A DNA stretch of 62,730 nucleotides, the filler included, from Babesia bigemina (lineage: Eukaryota), in NCBI RefSeq assembly GCF_000981445.1. It is 10 parts of 10 records of this genome, joined end to end, with 100 filler letters (N's around TTAATTAATTAA, not from the genome) between each part and the next. Parts side by side here need not be neighbours in the genome. Positions count along the whole stretch, not along the records: positions 17,902 to 26,847 come from NW_012237126.1; positions 26,948 to 29,443 come from NW_012237127.1; positions 29,544 to 36,957 come from NW_012237128.1; 7 more parts are not named here. The stretch is one strand, 5' to 3'. Each line of letters begins with the position of its first letter. Position 1 is the stretch's first letter. The notes beneath the pieces were generated by a model. The model ran no database searches. It was not told the DNA's origin and saw only the letters and a program-made list of their open reading frames with translations. The position numbers and the translations under genes are program-made. Positions 20,917 to 32,204 of the stretch are shown here, piece by piece.

Positions 20917-23900
20917 TCACGGTTGCAGATACGATATCTTGGCAAGCCTTCCGACTTGCGCTGCCGCCAACAATGACTGCGCCGTTATCCTGTGCGATGA
21001 TGGTGATCGTAAGTGCGATTTGATATGGAGCACATCCAGCCTGCCAACCATTACGCAGATGAGGTAGAAGAGGGACAGCGACCAGAGTGCGACATTGAGC
21101 CATATAAACGGCTGCCTGATGGTGAAGAGGAATTCCGGAATGGTCTTATGAACCAGCACATACAAAGCGTTACCCTGTTTTACGACTTGTGCTAATGCTT
21201 TGCAAAAGTCTTCGCACGTTCGTTTTGTTGCGAGATTCTTACCGTTAAGATGACTCTTGCTTTCAAAATACAAGCCATATTTACGTAATGTAGGAAGAGT
21301 CATGGTACAGTTGACAATAGACCTGCACACTTGCGAGTGGGTAGGCATAGTATCATTCATTACAAACCCTGCTTTCATCATACATTCTTTGTCACAACTG
21401 CGACCATGACATCTTGCGCCGGGCTTATTGCAATTATTACAACAATCGGCATACAACTGTTCTAACAATTTGTAGAACGTTTCAGTCAGATAAACGATCC
21501 ACGAGAGATATTTGTCAGCGTTATCCTCCGCAAACATGGAGCGGATATCACGATTGAGCGGCTTCAGATATGAACCACAGGGGCTAGTTGCAGTAGTCGT
21601 CGGGTTGCAACTGACAAGGGTGTTGAGGTCTCCATTGAAGTGTGACGCACTATGTCCGAAACCGTGTACGTTGGTCTTGAACATTGAGGTAATGTCCAGC
21701 TTTGTACTTGGATTCTTGAAATTTGCTCTGCTTACCGCTACACCGAAAGCTATTTCCCTGTGTTTGTCGCGTATTCCCTTGCTACCACGGCACCACTCAC
21801 TTAGGAAATGATAGTAAAAAGCGAACATATCGCCCAGTGTTGTCGGCGCGCTGGAAAGGAGACAGGTGAGTTGACTGCACAGTTTAGTGAGTGGAGAGTA
21901 TTCGGCGCTACAAAAATCGGTAAGTACCATGTAAATGTGTCTTCCCATCCGCCTATGGGATGCCATGTTACCGATATCTGCGAAGCCCATCGGCGTGATG
22001 CACGGCATACCAGGGGCCTTACTGCAACTGGAGCATGTCATTTTTAGTCCCTTGCTTGAGACACGATGCGGCAAAAAACCATGTAATCCATCCTCCAAGA
22101 ATGCTTGTAACGGCGATTTCAAACCGCAACTAGCATCTTGGTCGCACTTTTGGTCACACGTTTGCTTGTGTTCTTGGTTGGCCCTTTGCTCGGGACATTG
22201 AAGTGTATTGCACTGCCACGTTGATCCGGCCACTTGGTAGCCATACCAGCAATCACGCCAACCATTTAGTTTTTTGTCGTGCAGTAACTGCTGGCATATG
22301 AAATAGAGCTGGTAATGAAGGCGTCTAAGGATATCAACCAGGGTACAGATTAGGCTGTTCATGTTATTCGGGTATACTAAACCCTGCGAATTGTTAGTGA
22401 ATTCACAAGCATACACGCCACCCGCGTGGCCATATCCGAGGATGGAAGTGAGGACGTTGTGAGATTGCTTGCATACTTCGTCGAGTGTTGCTCTCAGCGC
22501 AGCAGCGGTGATGGGTTTCGGATAGGCGTCCAACGTGTCGGCATTTTCGTCTATAACAGGTAGATCGTCCGACTGAACGTCTTTGTGCTGCTCGCCCGGT
22601 TTCTCAAAGAGACCGCTAAATCCGTCAATTATCAAGTCTTGGTATACCGGACTATGAGGAAGTCCGTCAAGCCAACACAACATTTGGTATACATTGCAAG
22701 GTGCGTTGCCCTTCGATGGAGGAGCGATGTGGCAAACGTCATTGTATTGTCCGAGGTGGCCGACAAGACACGACATGATATCAATGAGACTAAATTTATC
22801 ATGTTTCTTAGTTGACTCACACAATTTTAAATGCTCGTTGTTGACCCCGCTTATTGGCCAAGTCAGCCTCTTCTGAATTTGGTCACCTTTCATCCAGTCC
22901 TGGTCTTGCAGCTCGCCGTTCTGCTCGCCCCGGTCGGATACACGATAGCCTTCATCGGCGAACAGTTTTCCGAGGTCACCGTTTTTGTTAATCTGCTGTC
23001 CACTTAAGCTCTTGCAGTTTACTCTCAACATGGGTAACGAGACGCCAAGGAGATGAATGATCGTGAGACAAACCTTAGCGCCTTTACGACCCTCATCAGT
23101 CAACTGCGTATCACTTTTCGTAAGCCACTTACTGATTCCCTGGCCTCCGTCATACACGCTCACGTACGCCCTTCCCAGCACCGACGCCAGGTCAGCGAAC
23201 CCCTCCTTGAACGCCTGCGAGAGCACCGTGTTGGGTTGGCCGAATTTACCAGGCGTGAACTTATCTAATTCGTCAGTAAGAGCATCTAAATTGTTACAAA
23301 ACTCGTGGTCGAAGTGTTGAGATTGCACGAGTTTGGCGAGCAATTTGCGGAGGGCTTCCTTTGCGGGAGTGATGGCTTTGTAATCGGATGCAAACTCCGT
23401 CTGCTTTTCCCATCTATCAAAGAAAGCTTTCATGGCAGTGTTAAATTTACTGGTCGCTTGGCTCATCGCAGATTTTTGTCCTGTGGAGGATGTGGCCTTA
23501 AGGCTAGTTATAGCTTCGAGTGATGTGTCACCTTTGAGGAAGTGTTTCTCAAACTTGTCCATGAACTCCTTGTAGCCGAGGCTTGAATCCTGATTTATGG
23601 ATACCGTCAAATTTTTAATGTCGCCGTAGACCTTGCTTGAGAAGTCGCTGAGCAGGGACTTGACGGAAGAGACGTATTGCTTTCGGGCATGAGTGGTTAA
23701 TTTATCAATGGCTTGTTTCACCTCGTCACCGACACTCTTTTCCATATACTTTATGTATTCTGCTTGCAACGTCGGGGCGTCCTTCCCGATTATTTCATTG
23801 GCGTGTTTAATAGCATCCGTCACCGGACCGGTTAGTAGCTCTTCGAGGTGGTCGTGAATTGCTTGCAGGCTGCCAGATGCATCTTTGCGACCGTTAGCGA

Positions 23901-26283
23901 TGTTAGATTTCTGAAACTTGTCAAGAATCATCTTGATTGTTTTACCTTTGTAGGCGAATGCGTCTTTAAGCCGTTCGAGATTTTCTCCAATTTGTTTTGA
24001 CAGTTCTGCAAGGGCTGTAGTAGTCGGTGAGACGTCAAGGTCGCCGTTAGAATATCCACTAATGGAATTGATTGCTCGGTCCAGATCGTTGTACGGAGCC
24101 TTGCGTACTGATTCGATGGAGTTATCCCCTAGATCTACTTCATTACCTGCACTGCTCCGCTGAATGCCGGTGACCTGCTCAGTCATTGCGGTGATTGCGC
24201 TGTCCACTTTTCCGGCGAGATTGGGTTTATCCCTTGCGATGCTCCCATCACTATCGCGGCCCACTGAAGCGTTAAGGTTGACGTAGAGCTCCGCAGCGAT
24301 TGGCCTGATGATGCCTACAATACTGCCGATTGTTATACTGCCTTGCTTATAGAAGAATTCTCCTAATTGGTTAGAAGTGCTTTTTGCCAAAGCAACTAGC
24401 TGATTTAATGTGGCCTCAACTGCATCGTATAGGTGGCTTCTATTCGTCAGGTGACTGTGGTAATCACTCGTAGACAGTGCATCTTTCTCAATCCTTTTGG
24501 CTAACTCTGACACTTTAATTCCATCTCGAGAATTCCGTTTCGTGAGCTTCGCTTCAACATTCGTGACAAAACCATTCACACACGTTTGAATAGCTTGAAC
24601 ATTTTGTTGTATGCTGCGGTCGTCTCCGGCGGATGTAGCGTTGGACTGTTTTTCGGCCCCCTCAATTGCAGGTTGAATTGCCTCTTTAACTTTCATTTTA
24701 ATTTGCTCTGCAATCACTCGTTCTACATCTATTGCGCTTTTACCGAACTTCTCATAATACTTTTCGTTCGTTGAATATTTAGCGTATTCCCCAACCCATT
24801 GCTTAACCAAGCCGCCATCACTATCAACAATCCCATCTACCCAGCCGTGGACAGTGCTTGCGAATTTCGCTTGCGTGTATTTGATGGCGTAATTCTGCAT
24901 TGTTATTTCAATGTCTTCAAGACCTTTGTTAACTCTTGACCCTCCCTTTATTTTCCCAATTTTCAGTCTAATGTGATTAGTGATGTCGCCAACATTTTTG
25001 TTTGCGTTGTGCGCTATCCCTACAACGGCATCTGGAGGAAACTGTCTCCCCAGCTCTACGATCGCCTTCGGAACTTCTCTCACAGCCTCTGCAATCTCCA
25101 ATAATTTCTCCTTGTAAACCTTGTCAAGCTTTTTCAAGTTCTCAGCTGCTTCCGTCGCCAAATTTCCAAGATTACTCTTCACGCTAGTAATATAGCCATC
25201 CAGTTTTTGTTTCCACTCATCCACTTGTTTTGCCTTCTCTTTAATGGCATCTTGCTTGTCACCGCCGGGTAATTTTTCTTCAATTTCCCACGCATCTTTT
25301 ATCGGCTTCTTGAGCATTTCATCAGCCTCTTCAATCCATTTCTTCAAATCCTTCACATGGCTCTGCAGATTGACGCTGATCTGTGTAAGGTCTTTCAAAA
25401 TGACGTTCTTTATTAGGCCTTTTAAACCTTCTACAAGAGCGTTCACCTCCCTCTTAATATGTATCACCACTTGTGTTTCAAGCGCTGTTAGTGTCTCCCT
25501 TATCATTTTTTCGGTTGCCTCCAACTCAGTTGCTTCCCTGCTGGCCAACTGCTCTAGCCGCGTAGTCTCGTGCGAGACAACTTTATGTGCGTTATGTATA
25601 CTAGTTTTACACTGTGAATATAGATCATTAATATGCTTAGTTACGTCTCTATACTGTGTTTCGTATTCCTTATATTTCTGAAGAGATGTCGCCACCAGCG
25701 CCTTGGCCGTGGACACTTGCTCCTCTACTTGCCGGGGATCGTCGACAACCTGAATATCATTAAGTGTTTTATTTAACTCACCTTTTACGGGTTTGACGTA
25801 TTTCATCAGTGTCCTTATGGGCGTTTTAGCACATTCATTACTATCCCTCACCTTCTCATTATACCCCCGCACCCCTGCGACCACCCTTCCAATCGCAGCA
25901 TTAAAACCGTTTTTACCGGCGTGTTTATTTTGCTTAAGAGCTTCAATTGCAATGTCAATTTCATCTTTATGCTGCCCTAAATGCTCTTTGATGTTACTGA
26001 GAACACCACTCAAAAATCCCATCACTGCATCACACAGCCTATCCAAGTCGGAGTACACAATCCCAGTGCCGTCGTAGCCTTTGGTAGCAGAGTTGAAGCC
26101 GAGGAATTTCTCGAGGCCAGTGCAGAGGTTATGAAGAATGTTTTCATCACCTTTTTTACCAAGTGATTCAGTGAAATTTTTAAGCTTATCTTTAAGTTCA
26201 TTAAGTTGTTTCTCACGCTCTTCAATGTCCTCATACGCTTTCTTAGTAGCAGAGTCAGTAAGAGAATGGGCAGTATCAACAAG
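20917..26283 (-). CDS. ves1: ves1-family gene, complete open frame (~1790 codons; first in-frame ATG 26022, MGFL)
   Basis: All family motifs from YSDLDRLCDAVMGFL to TM and KISYLQP. Confidence 0.9.
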   Translation of the reverse strand, partial: LVDTAHSLTDSATKKAYEDIEEREKQLNELKDKLKNFTESLGKKGDENILHNLCTGLEKFLGFNSATKGYDGTGIVYSDLDRLCDAVMGFLSGVLSNIKEHLGQHKDEIDIAIEALKQNKHAGKNGFNAAIGRVVAGVRGYNEKVRDSNECAKTPIRTLMKYVKPVKGELNKTLNDIQVVDDPRQVEEQVSTAKALVATSLQKYKEYETQYRDVTKHINDLYSQCKTSIHNAHKVVSHETTRLEQLASREATELEATEKMIRETLTALETQVVIHIKREVNALVEGLKGLIKNVILKDLTQISVNLQSHVKDLKKWIEEADEMLKKPIKDAWEIEEKLPGGDKQDAIKEKAKQVDEWKQKLDGYITSVKSNLGNLATEAAENLKKLDKVYKEKLLEIAEAVREVPKAIVELGRQFPPDAVVGIAHNANKNVGDITNHIRLKIGKIKGGSRVNKGLEDIEITMQNYAIKYTQAKFASTVHGWVDGIVDSDGGLVKQWVGEYAKYSTNEKYYEKFGKSAIDVERVIAEQIKMKVKEAIQPAIEGAEKQSNATSAGDDRSIQQNVQAIQTCVNGFVTNVEAKLTKRNSRDGIKVSELAKRIEKDALSTSDYHSHLTNRSHLYDAVEATLNQLVALAKSTSNQLGEFFYKQGSITIGSIVGIIRPIAAELYVNLNASVGRDSDGSIARDKPNLAGKVDSAITAMTEQVTGIQRSSAGNEVDLGDNSIESVRKAPYNDLDRAINSISGYSNGDLDVSPTTTALAELSKQIGENLERLKDAFAYKGKTIKMILDKFQKSNIANGRKDASGSLQAIHDHLEELLTGPVTDAIKHANEIIGKDAPTLQAEYIKYMEKSVGDEVKQAIDKLTTHARKQYVSSVKSLLSDFSSKVYGDIKNLTVSINQDSSLGYKEFMDKFEKHFLKGDTSLEAITSLKATSSTGQKSAMSQATSKFNTAMKAFFDRWEKQTEFASDYKAITPAKEALRKLLAKLVQSQHFDHEFCNNLDALTDELDKFTPGKFGQPNTVLSQAFKEGFADLASVLGRAYVSVYDGGQGISKWLTKSDTQLTDEGRKGAKVCLTIIHLLGVSLPMLRVNCKSLSGQQINKNGDLGKLFADEGYRVSDRGEQNGELQDQDWMKGDQIQKRLTWPISGVNNEHLKLCESTKKHDKFSLIDIMSCLVGHLGQYNDVCHIAPPSKGNAPCNVYQMLCWLDGLPHSPVYQDLIIDGFSGLFEKPGEQHKDVQSDDLPVIDENADTLDAYPKPITAAALRATLDEVCKQSHNVLTSILGYGHAGGVYACEFTNNSQGLVYPNNMNSLICTLVDILRRLHYQLYFICQQLLHDKKLNGWRDCWYGYQVAGSTWQCNTLQCPEQRANQEHKQTCDQKCDQDASCGLKSPLQAFLEDGLHGFLPHRVSSKGLKMTCSSCSKAPGMPCITPMGFADIGNMASHRRMGRHIYMVLTDFCSAEYSPLTKLCSQLTCLLSSAPTTLGDMFAFYYHFLSEWCRGSKGIRDKHREIAFGVAVSRANFKNPSTKLDITSMFKTNVHGFGHSASHFNGDLNTLVSCNPTTTATSPCGSYLKPLNRDIRSMFAEDNADKYLSWIVYLTETFYKLLEQLYADCCNNCNKPGARCHGRSCDKECMMKAGFVMNDTMPTHSQVCRSIVNCTMTLPTLRKYGLYFESKSHLNGKNLATKRTCEDFCKALAQVVKQGNALYVLVHKTIPEFLFTIRQPFIWLNVALWSLSLFYLICVMVGRLDVLHIKSHLRSPSSHRITAQSLLAAAQVGRLAKISYLQP

Positions 26284-26503
26284 TTATTATAATGGTTTAT
26301 GGAGGTCATAGGGGAGAGTTGGAATCTTCTGTGATTTTGGGGGAAACTTTGAGAAACGTGTTTTCTCGGGTTTATCACAGAAAGGAAATTTTTCCGATGT
26401 CACTGGGGGGTGTATTGAAGGCCAAAAGTGCGGAATTAAAGCGGCAACATCGCGAGGCGAAAGGCGGCCACACAGGCGCGCTGGATAGACGAACAAGGTA
26501 CCA

Positions 26504-26847
26504 ATGGAGAGCTCACAAGAAGTGCAGCTGAGCAGTCAAATCGATGAGGACGGAGACCTCATGGTTATTGACGTGGACGTCCCCGATGGGATGGACATCG
26601 ATGCTCCGCTTGCCACCGTGGGGCGCCGAGAGTGTCGGCAACCCGAAAGGCGGCATGAATCCAGAAAACCGGTACAAAGCGGTGTTCAGGGCCCTAAAGG
26701 TAAACCCACAAATTCGAAGGGGGCCGGCCGTGGCGGCGAAAGCCGGCCAATCCCGCAGGCAAGCCGGAAACGACACCAGCCCGGAACCACTCCGGCTGTG
26801 AAGGGCGCTGGAAACAAAAGCGCGGAACGGCGGTCCCCCAGGGCCAA
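26504..26847 (+). CDS. Hypothetical protein, 5' part (MESSQEVQLSSQIDEDGDLMVIDVD...), divergent from ves1
   Basis: ATG-initiated ORF open to contig end; acidic then basic low-complexity sequence; no recognised family. Confidence 0.4.
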
Positions 26848-26947
26848 NNNNNNNNNNNNNNNNNNNNNNNNNNNNNNNNNNNNNNNNNNNNTTAATTAAT
26901 TAANNNNNNNNNNNNNNNNNNNNNNNNNNNNNNNNNNNNNNNNNNNN

Positions 26948-27900
26948 TGACAGGGACACAGCAGCGATGACATGGTTACGGCAGCGATGACAGTTGATGG
27001 TTACGGCAGCGGTGACATGGTGACCAAACACCTGACCTAAGTGGTGATTATTACCCACTCCACATCGCTCCCTAACCCACTCCACATCGCCCCTTATCCA
27101 CTCTACATCGCCCCTTTACCCACTCCACATCGCCCCTTAATCCACTCTACATCGCTCCCTAACCCACTCTACATCGCCCCTTGATCCACTCTACATCGCC
27201 CCTTAACCCACTCTACATCGCCCCTTAACCCACTCCACATCGCCCCTTAATCCACTCTACATCGCCCCTTAACCCACTCTACATCGCCCCTTAACCCACT
27301 CCACATCGCTCCTTAACCCACTCTACATCGCTCCCTAACCCACTCTACATCGCTCCTTTATCCACTCTACATCGCTCCCTTATCCACTCTACATCGCTCC
27401 TTACCCACCCTACATCGCCCCTTTGTCCACTCTACATCGCCCCCTAACCCACTCTACATCGCTCCCTAATCCACTCCACATCGCCCCTTAACTTCCTCTA
27501 ATCGCTCCCTTATCCACTCTACATCGCTCCCTTAATCACTCTACATCGCCCCTTTATCCACTCTACATCGCCCCTAACCCACTCTACATCGCCCCTTAAC
27601 CCACTCTACATCGCCCCTTAACCCACTCTACATCGCCCCTTAACCCACTCTACATCGCCCCTTTATCCACCTTACATCGCCCCTTATCCACTCTACATCG
27701 CCCCTTAACCCACTCTACATCGCCCCTTAACCCACTCTACATCGCCCCTTTATCCACTCTACATCGCTCCTTTACCCACTCTACATCGCCCCTTAACCCA
27801 CTCTACATCGCTCCCTAATCCACTCCACATCGCTCCTTTATCCACTCTGCATCGCCCCTTAACCCACTCTGCATCGCTCCCTAACCCACTCTACATCGCC
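26948..27900. repeat. 20-bp repeat remnant (26948-27020) then 22-bp satellite (27052-27900)
   Basis: Tandem units. Confidence 0.93.
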
Positions 27901-28087
27901 CGAATTACCTCGCCATATTACCGCTATGACCTCTATAAACCATAGCAATAACTTGTGCCTTGTCACCCTTCTCTTCCCCTCTTCCACCTCTTGCCACTGT
28001 CTTGTCCCATCATGTTCACCCTAACTCCAAATCTCTCGAATTACTTCGTTATATTAACGCTATGACCTCTATAAACCATATTAATAA

Positions 28088-29443
28088 CTTGTTGATACTG
28101 ACCATTCTCTTACTGACTCTGCTACTAAAAAAGCCTTGAATGACATTGAGTCCAAGCTCATTAGCCTTGGTCACCTTGCTGGTCAACTTGGCGGATTTGT
28201 TGGTCAAAGTGAGAGTGTTAAGAAAGCCGTGAAGAATGCTATTAAAGCTTGTTTCGACACTAATGCGCACCTTAAAAATGACCTAAATGATGTTTACAAT
28301 TCTCTTGTTACTAACCTTTCTGTGTCTGTCAACCCTGCTGGCCAGACTGATGACACCGCTGTAATTGGTCCACTTCAAGTTGAAGTGTCTAAAAAAATTG
28401 CTGAAATTACTGACCAAATTACGCAACTTGAACAGCAAAATAAGCTTAATAATCACTCTCTTCCTTCCCCCTCTCCCTCTGCTGAGCTAGCCAAATTGCA
28501 TTCCAAGTTGGAGGCTTTGAAGGAAGTGGAGAAGCTTTGTGGATTTTTGACTAATTCTAATAAGCAGCAAAATAACCCTACTAATAATATTTTAACGCAT
28601 TTATGTGACGGCCTCGAAACTTTCCTCGGCTTCGACCCGAAATCAAAAGGCTACGACGGCTCTGGGATAGTGTACTCTGACCTGGATAGGCTGTGTGACG
28701 GGGTGATGGGATTTTTGAGTGGTGTTCTCAGCAACATCCAAAACCATTTAGGGCAGCATAAAACACAAATTGATATTGCAATTAACATTCTTAACACCAA
28801 TAAACACCTTGGTAAAAACGGTTTTAATGCTGCGATTGGAGAGGTGGTCGCAGGGGTGCGGGGGTATAATGGTAATGTAAAAACATCCAATGACCTTGTT
28901 AAAACGGCAATTAAAAAACTTCAGAGGGACATGAAAAACTATAAAAAAGAAGAGTTACAAACTAACTTGCCAAATAACATAGATCCAAAAAGGCCTACGG
29001 CATCCACCCAAGAGAGTGTCGAGAAGGCAATGTCCTTGGTGGAGCAGTGTCAAAAATTTGCAAAAGAATTTATTAGAGCTGTTGACATTAAAACAAAAAC
29101 AGATGCAACAAAAAATGCAATAAAAGACTTAAATCCCAAATTGCGTGATACAATTGAGAACGTGCGTAAGAATATGCAGCATGAGAGTAAGCGTCTTAAA
29201 GAGTTGTCTAGTAAAGAGAGTAAGGATTTAGAGGCAACGGAAGATAAAATTAAGAAGACGTTGAGCAGTTTGAAAGTGAACGTGGACTGTAGAATTGATG
29301 CGCAAATGAAGGAGTTGATTAAAAAGTTGAGTGAGAGGGTGCAGAAGATTTTGGATAAGTTAAAGGGTATCGAGAAAAAACTGCTGGGTTATGTTAAAGA
29401 GTTGTATACGTGGCTCGAAGATGCTAGAAAGTTAATTAACGAG
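28088..29443 (+). CDS. ves1: ves1-family gene, 5' part (first in-frame ATG 28706), contig-truncated
   Basis: Paralog of the 8276 gene; LGHLAGQLG and YSDLDRLCDGVMGFL motifs. Confidence 0.82.
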
Positions 29444-29632
29444 NNNNNNNNNNNNNNNNNNNNNNNNNNNNNNNNNNNNNNNNNNNNTTAATTAATTAAN
29501 NNNNNNNNNNNNNNNNNNNNNNNNNNNNNNNNNNNNNNNNNNNATACATTGTCTAGAACATTAGATGTCAGTTGCCAGTTAGGTGATCAGCGGGATTTTG
29601 ATTAAGATCTTTGCGCTACTAAATTGCTTAGA

Positions 29633-29787
29633 TCAGCTGTAAAACGCGATGCAGAAGGGTATCTTGCGGACGAGGAAATCGCGGATTCTGTGGCCCACCG
29701 GGAAGCGGAAGATGCACAGGTCGAGCAGGATGATGGCGACGATGATGGCAACGATGACGGCGGCGATGATGTAAGGGGCGGGGTTAT
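29633..29787 (-). pseudogene. Orphan type-A TM/tail cassette (PAPYIIAAVIVAIIVAIILLDLCIFRFPVGHRIRDFL...)
   Basis: No in-frame ATG; TGA just upstream within the junction. Confidence 0.75.
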
Positions 29788-29914
29788 GGTCACCTCACTG
29801 CTCATGTGATTGGTCATCAAGCAATCATTACTGTATAGAACATTAGATGTCAGTTGCCAGTTAGGTGATCGGTGGAACTTGGATTACGATGTTTGCGCTA
29901 ACACATTGCGGATA

Positions 29915-30069
29915 TTAGCTGTAGAACGCGATGCAGAAGGGTATCTTGCGTACGAGGAAATCGCGGATGTTGCGGCCCACCGGGAAGCGGAAGATGCACA
30001 GGTCGAGCAGGATGATGGCGACGATGATGGCGACGATGACGGCGGCGATGGCGGAGGGGGAAGGTGCTT
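29915..30069 (-). pseudogene. Orphan type-A TM/tail cassette
   Basis: Intact tail, out of frame with the junction ATG. Confidence 0.75.
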
Positions 30070-30159
30070 GGTCACCTCACTGCTCATGTGACTGGTCATC
30101 AACGCGATCATTACTCTGTCTAGAACATTAGATGTCAGTTGCCAGTTACGTGATTGCGA

Positions 30160-30627
30160 TCAGCTGCGCAGTAGATACCGCACCCTGTGGAACGGCCGGA
30201 TGCGGAAGTAGACCATGGCGCAGATGACGACGATGATGAGGGCGACGGGGGCGATGATGATGGCAACTGTGAGATTTGAAGACTTGGAGGGATTCGTGGT
30301 GTGAGCAGTACCGGGTCCGCCGGTGGAACGTTGTACGGTGGTAGAAGAGGAGACATGGGAGGAAGTAAGGGATTGCTGTTGACCGGCGGCACGTTGTCGA
30401 CGGGATGCTTCAAAGCGTTTCTCATCACAACACTTACATGGACATTCGGCGGTGTTGCACTCTTTACATCCATTAGTATGGCATTGTTTCATTCCACGAC
30501 TGCGCTCACTATAGAATTCCATACAATAAAAACACCTTGTTCTAGTACATCCTGTACAACACACGTAACAGCAATAACAGTCACTCTTCGTACAGTTTTT
30601 GTTACACTTACACTTCTCCCACGACAT
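30160..30627 (-). CDS. Small Cys-rich single-TM protein, type-B tail (155 aa)
   Basis: CYCCYVCCTGC motif, TM, YFRIRPFHRVRYLLRS. Confidence 0.85.
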   Translation of the reverse strand: MSWEKCKCNKNCTKSDCYCCYVCCTGCTRTRCFYCMEFYSERSRGMKQCHTNGCKECNTAECPCKCCDEKRFEASRRQRAAGQQQSLTSSHVSSSTTVQRSTGGPGTAHTTNPSKSSNLTVAIIIAPVALIIVVICAMVYFRIRPFHRVRYLLRS

Positions 30628-30639
30628 CTTCTCCTCCCT

Positions 30640-31380
30640 ATCCCCTCAGCCTGCAAACATATCAATCACCTAGCAACGCACTCACCAACTGCAACACTAC
30701 CACTGCCGCTCCCAGTCCCCTCAGCCTGCAAACATATCAATCACTCAAGCAGCACTCACCAACTGCGACACGTACCACTGCCGCGCCCAGTCCCCTCAAC
30801 CTGCGAACATATCAATCACCCAAGCAGCACTCACCAACTGCAACACGAACACTGCCGCTACCAGTCCCCTCAGCCTGCGAACATATCAATCACTTAAGCA
30901 ACGCACTCACCAACTGCAACACTACCACTGCCGCTCCCACTCCCCTCAACCTGCAAACATCAATCACTCAAGCAGCACCCACCAACTGCAACACTACCAC
31001 TGCCGCTCCCAGTCCCCTCAACCTGCAAACATATCAATCACCTATGCAAACACTCACCTACTACAACACGTACCACTGCCGCTCCCACTCCCCTCAACCT
31101 GCAAACATCAATCACTCAAGCAGCACCCACCAACTGCAACACTACCACTGCCGCTCCCAGTCCCCTCAACCTGCAAACATATCAATCACCTATGCAAACA
31201 CTCACCAACTGCAACACTACCACTGCCGCTCCCAGTCCCCTCGACCTGCGAACATATCAATCACCTAGCAAGGCACTCACCAACTGCAACACTACCACTG
31301 CCGCGCCCACTCCCCTCAACCTGCAAACATGTCAATCACATAGCAAGCACTCACCTACTGCAACACGTGCCACTGCCGCT
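30640..31380 (-). repeat. ~75-bp intron-containing repeat, about 10 units
   Basis: Tandem units. Confidence 0.9.
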
Positions 31381-31845
31381 GTATCCCCCCAGCCCAGGCT
31401 ACCGACACCCACGCTGCCCGGGATACCACAGCTGTGTCTGACGCGGCGCATGTGATCAGCATCAACCGTCACTTCAAATTAATTACTATTCGCAACGCCA
31501 TAAAAATTGCTGCGAACCTCGTGCGCTCAACTCCCACAGTGCAGCAGCACCGTGCTACGAGCCGCGGTATAGACGCCATACTGGCGGAGCGTCTTGGCTA
31601 CGTGCCTAAATGTGATATTAAAAATGGCTACATTGCCGCCTATAAACGCTACTCAACCAGGCCAACGGCGATTACGCCACCCTGCCAGCGACTCGCAACA
31701 CACGACTTAGGTCACCCGCCGCGGCCCTCACGACCGCTACGTTAGCAACCAATCACCCAGCCTCCAGTGACACTGACTCAATGGGTAACGCGGACGCCTC
31801 TCACAGTCAACGCACAACTCATCGCAACAACCAAATTACGGTTCA
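31380..31845 (-). promoter_or_regulatory. Conserved ~480-bp element
   Basis: Copy of 2350-2830. Confidence 0.5.
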
Positions 31846-32060
31846 TGTGCCAGCTTAGCACTTTGCCTGGGTGCTAGGTTAAAACCTTGCCTGGTTGCCA
31901 GCTTACCACTTTGCCTGGTTGTTAGCTTAGCACTTTGCCTGGGTGCTAGCTTAGCAGTTTGCCTGGGTGCTAGCTTAGCACTTTGCCTGGGTGCTAGCTT
32001 AGCACTTTGCATGGTTGCTAGCTTAGCACTTTGCCTGGTTGCTAGGTCAACACGTTGCTT
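31846..32060. repeat. 24-bp repeat
   Basis: Tandem units. Confidence 0.9.
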
Positions 32061-32204
32061 CGTCGTGTAGTCATCACTTAATCTCAACGCTATCTAGTTC
32101 ACAGGTTGCCGGTAGAGTAATTACAGACATTAGACTACGTTTGTCAGTTAGGTGAGTAGGTGAGATGTTACGTGAGTTATTGTGAATTACAAACGTGAAT
32201 ACAA

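Noticed and set aside
21013..25681. Many short antisense or alternate-frame ORFs inside ves1 genes
   Set aside because: Shadow ORFs of long coding frames with no independent conservation.
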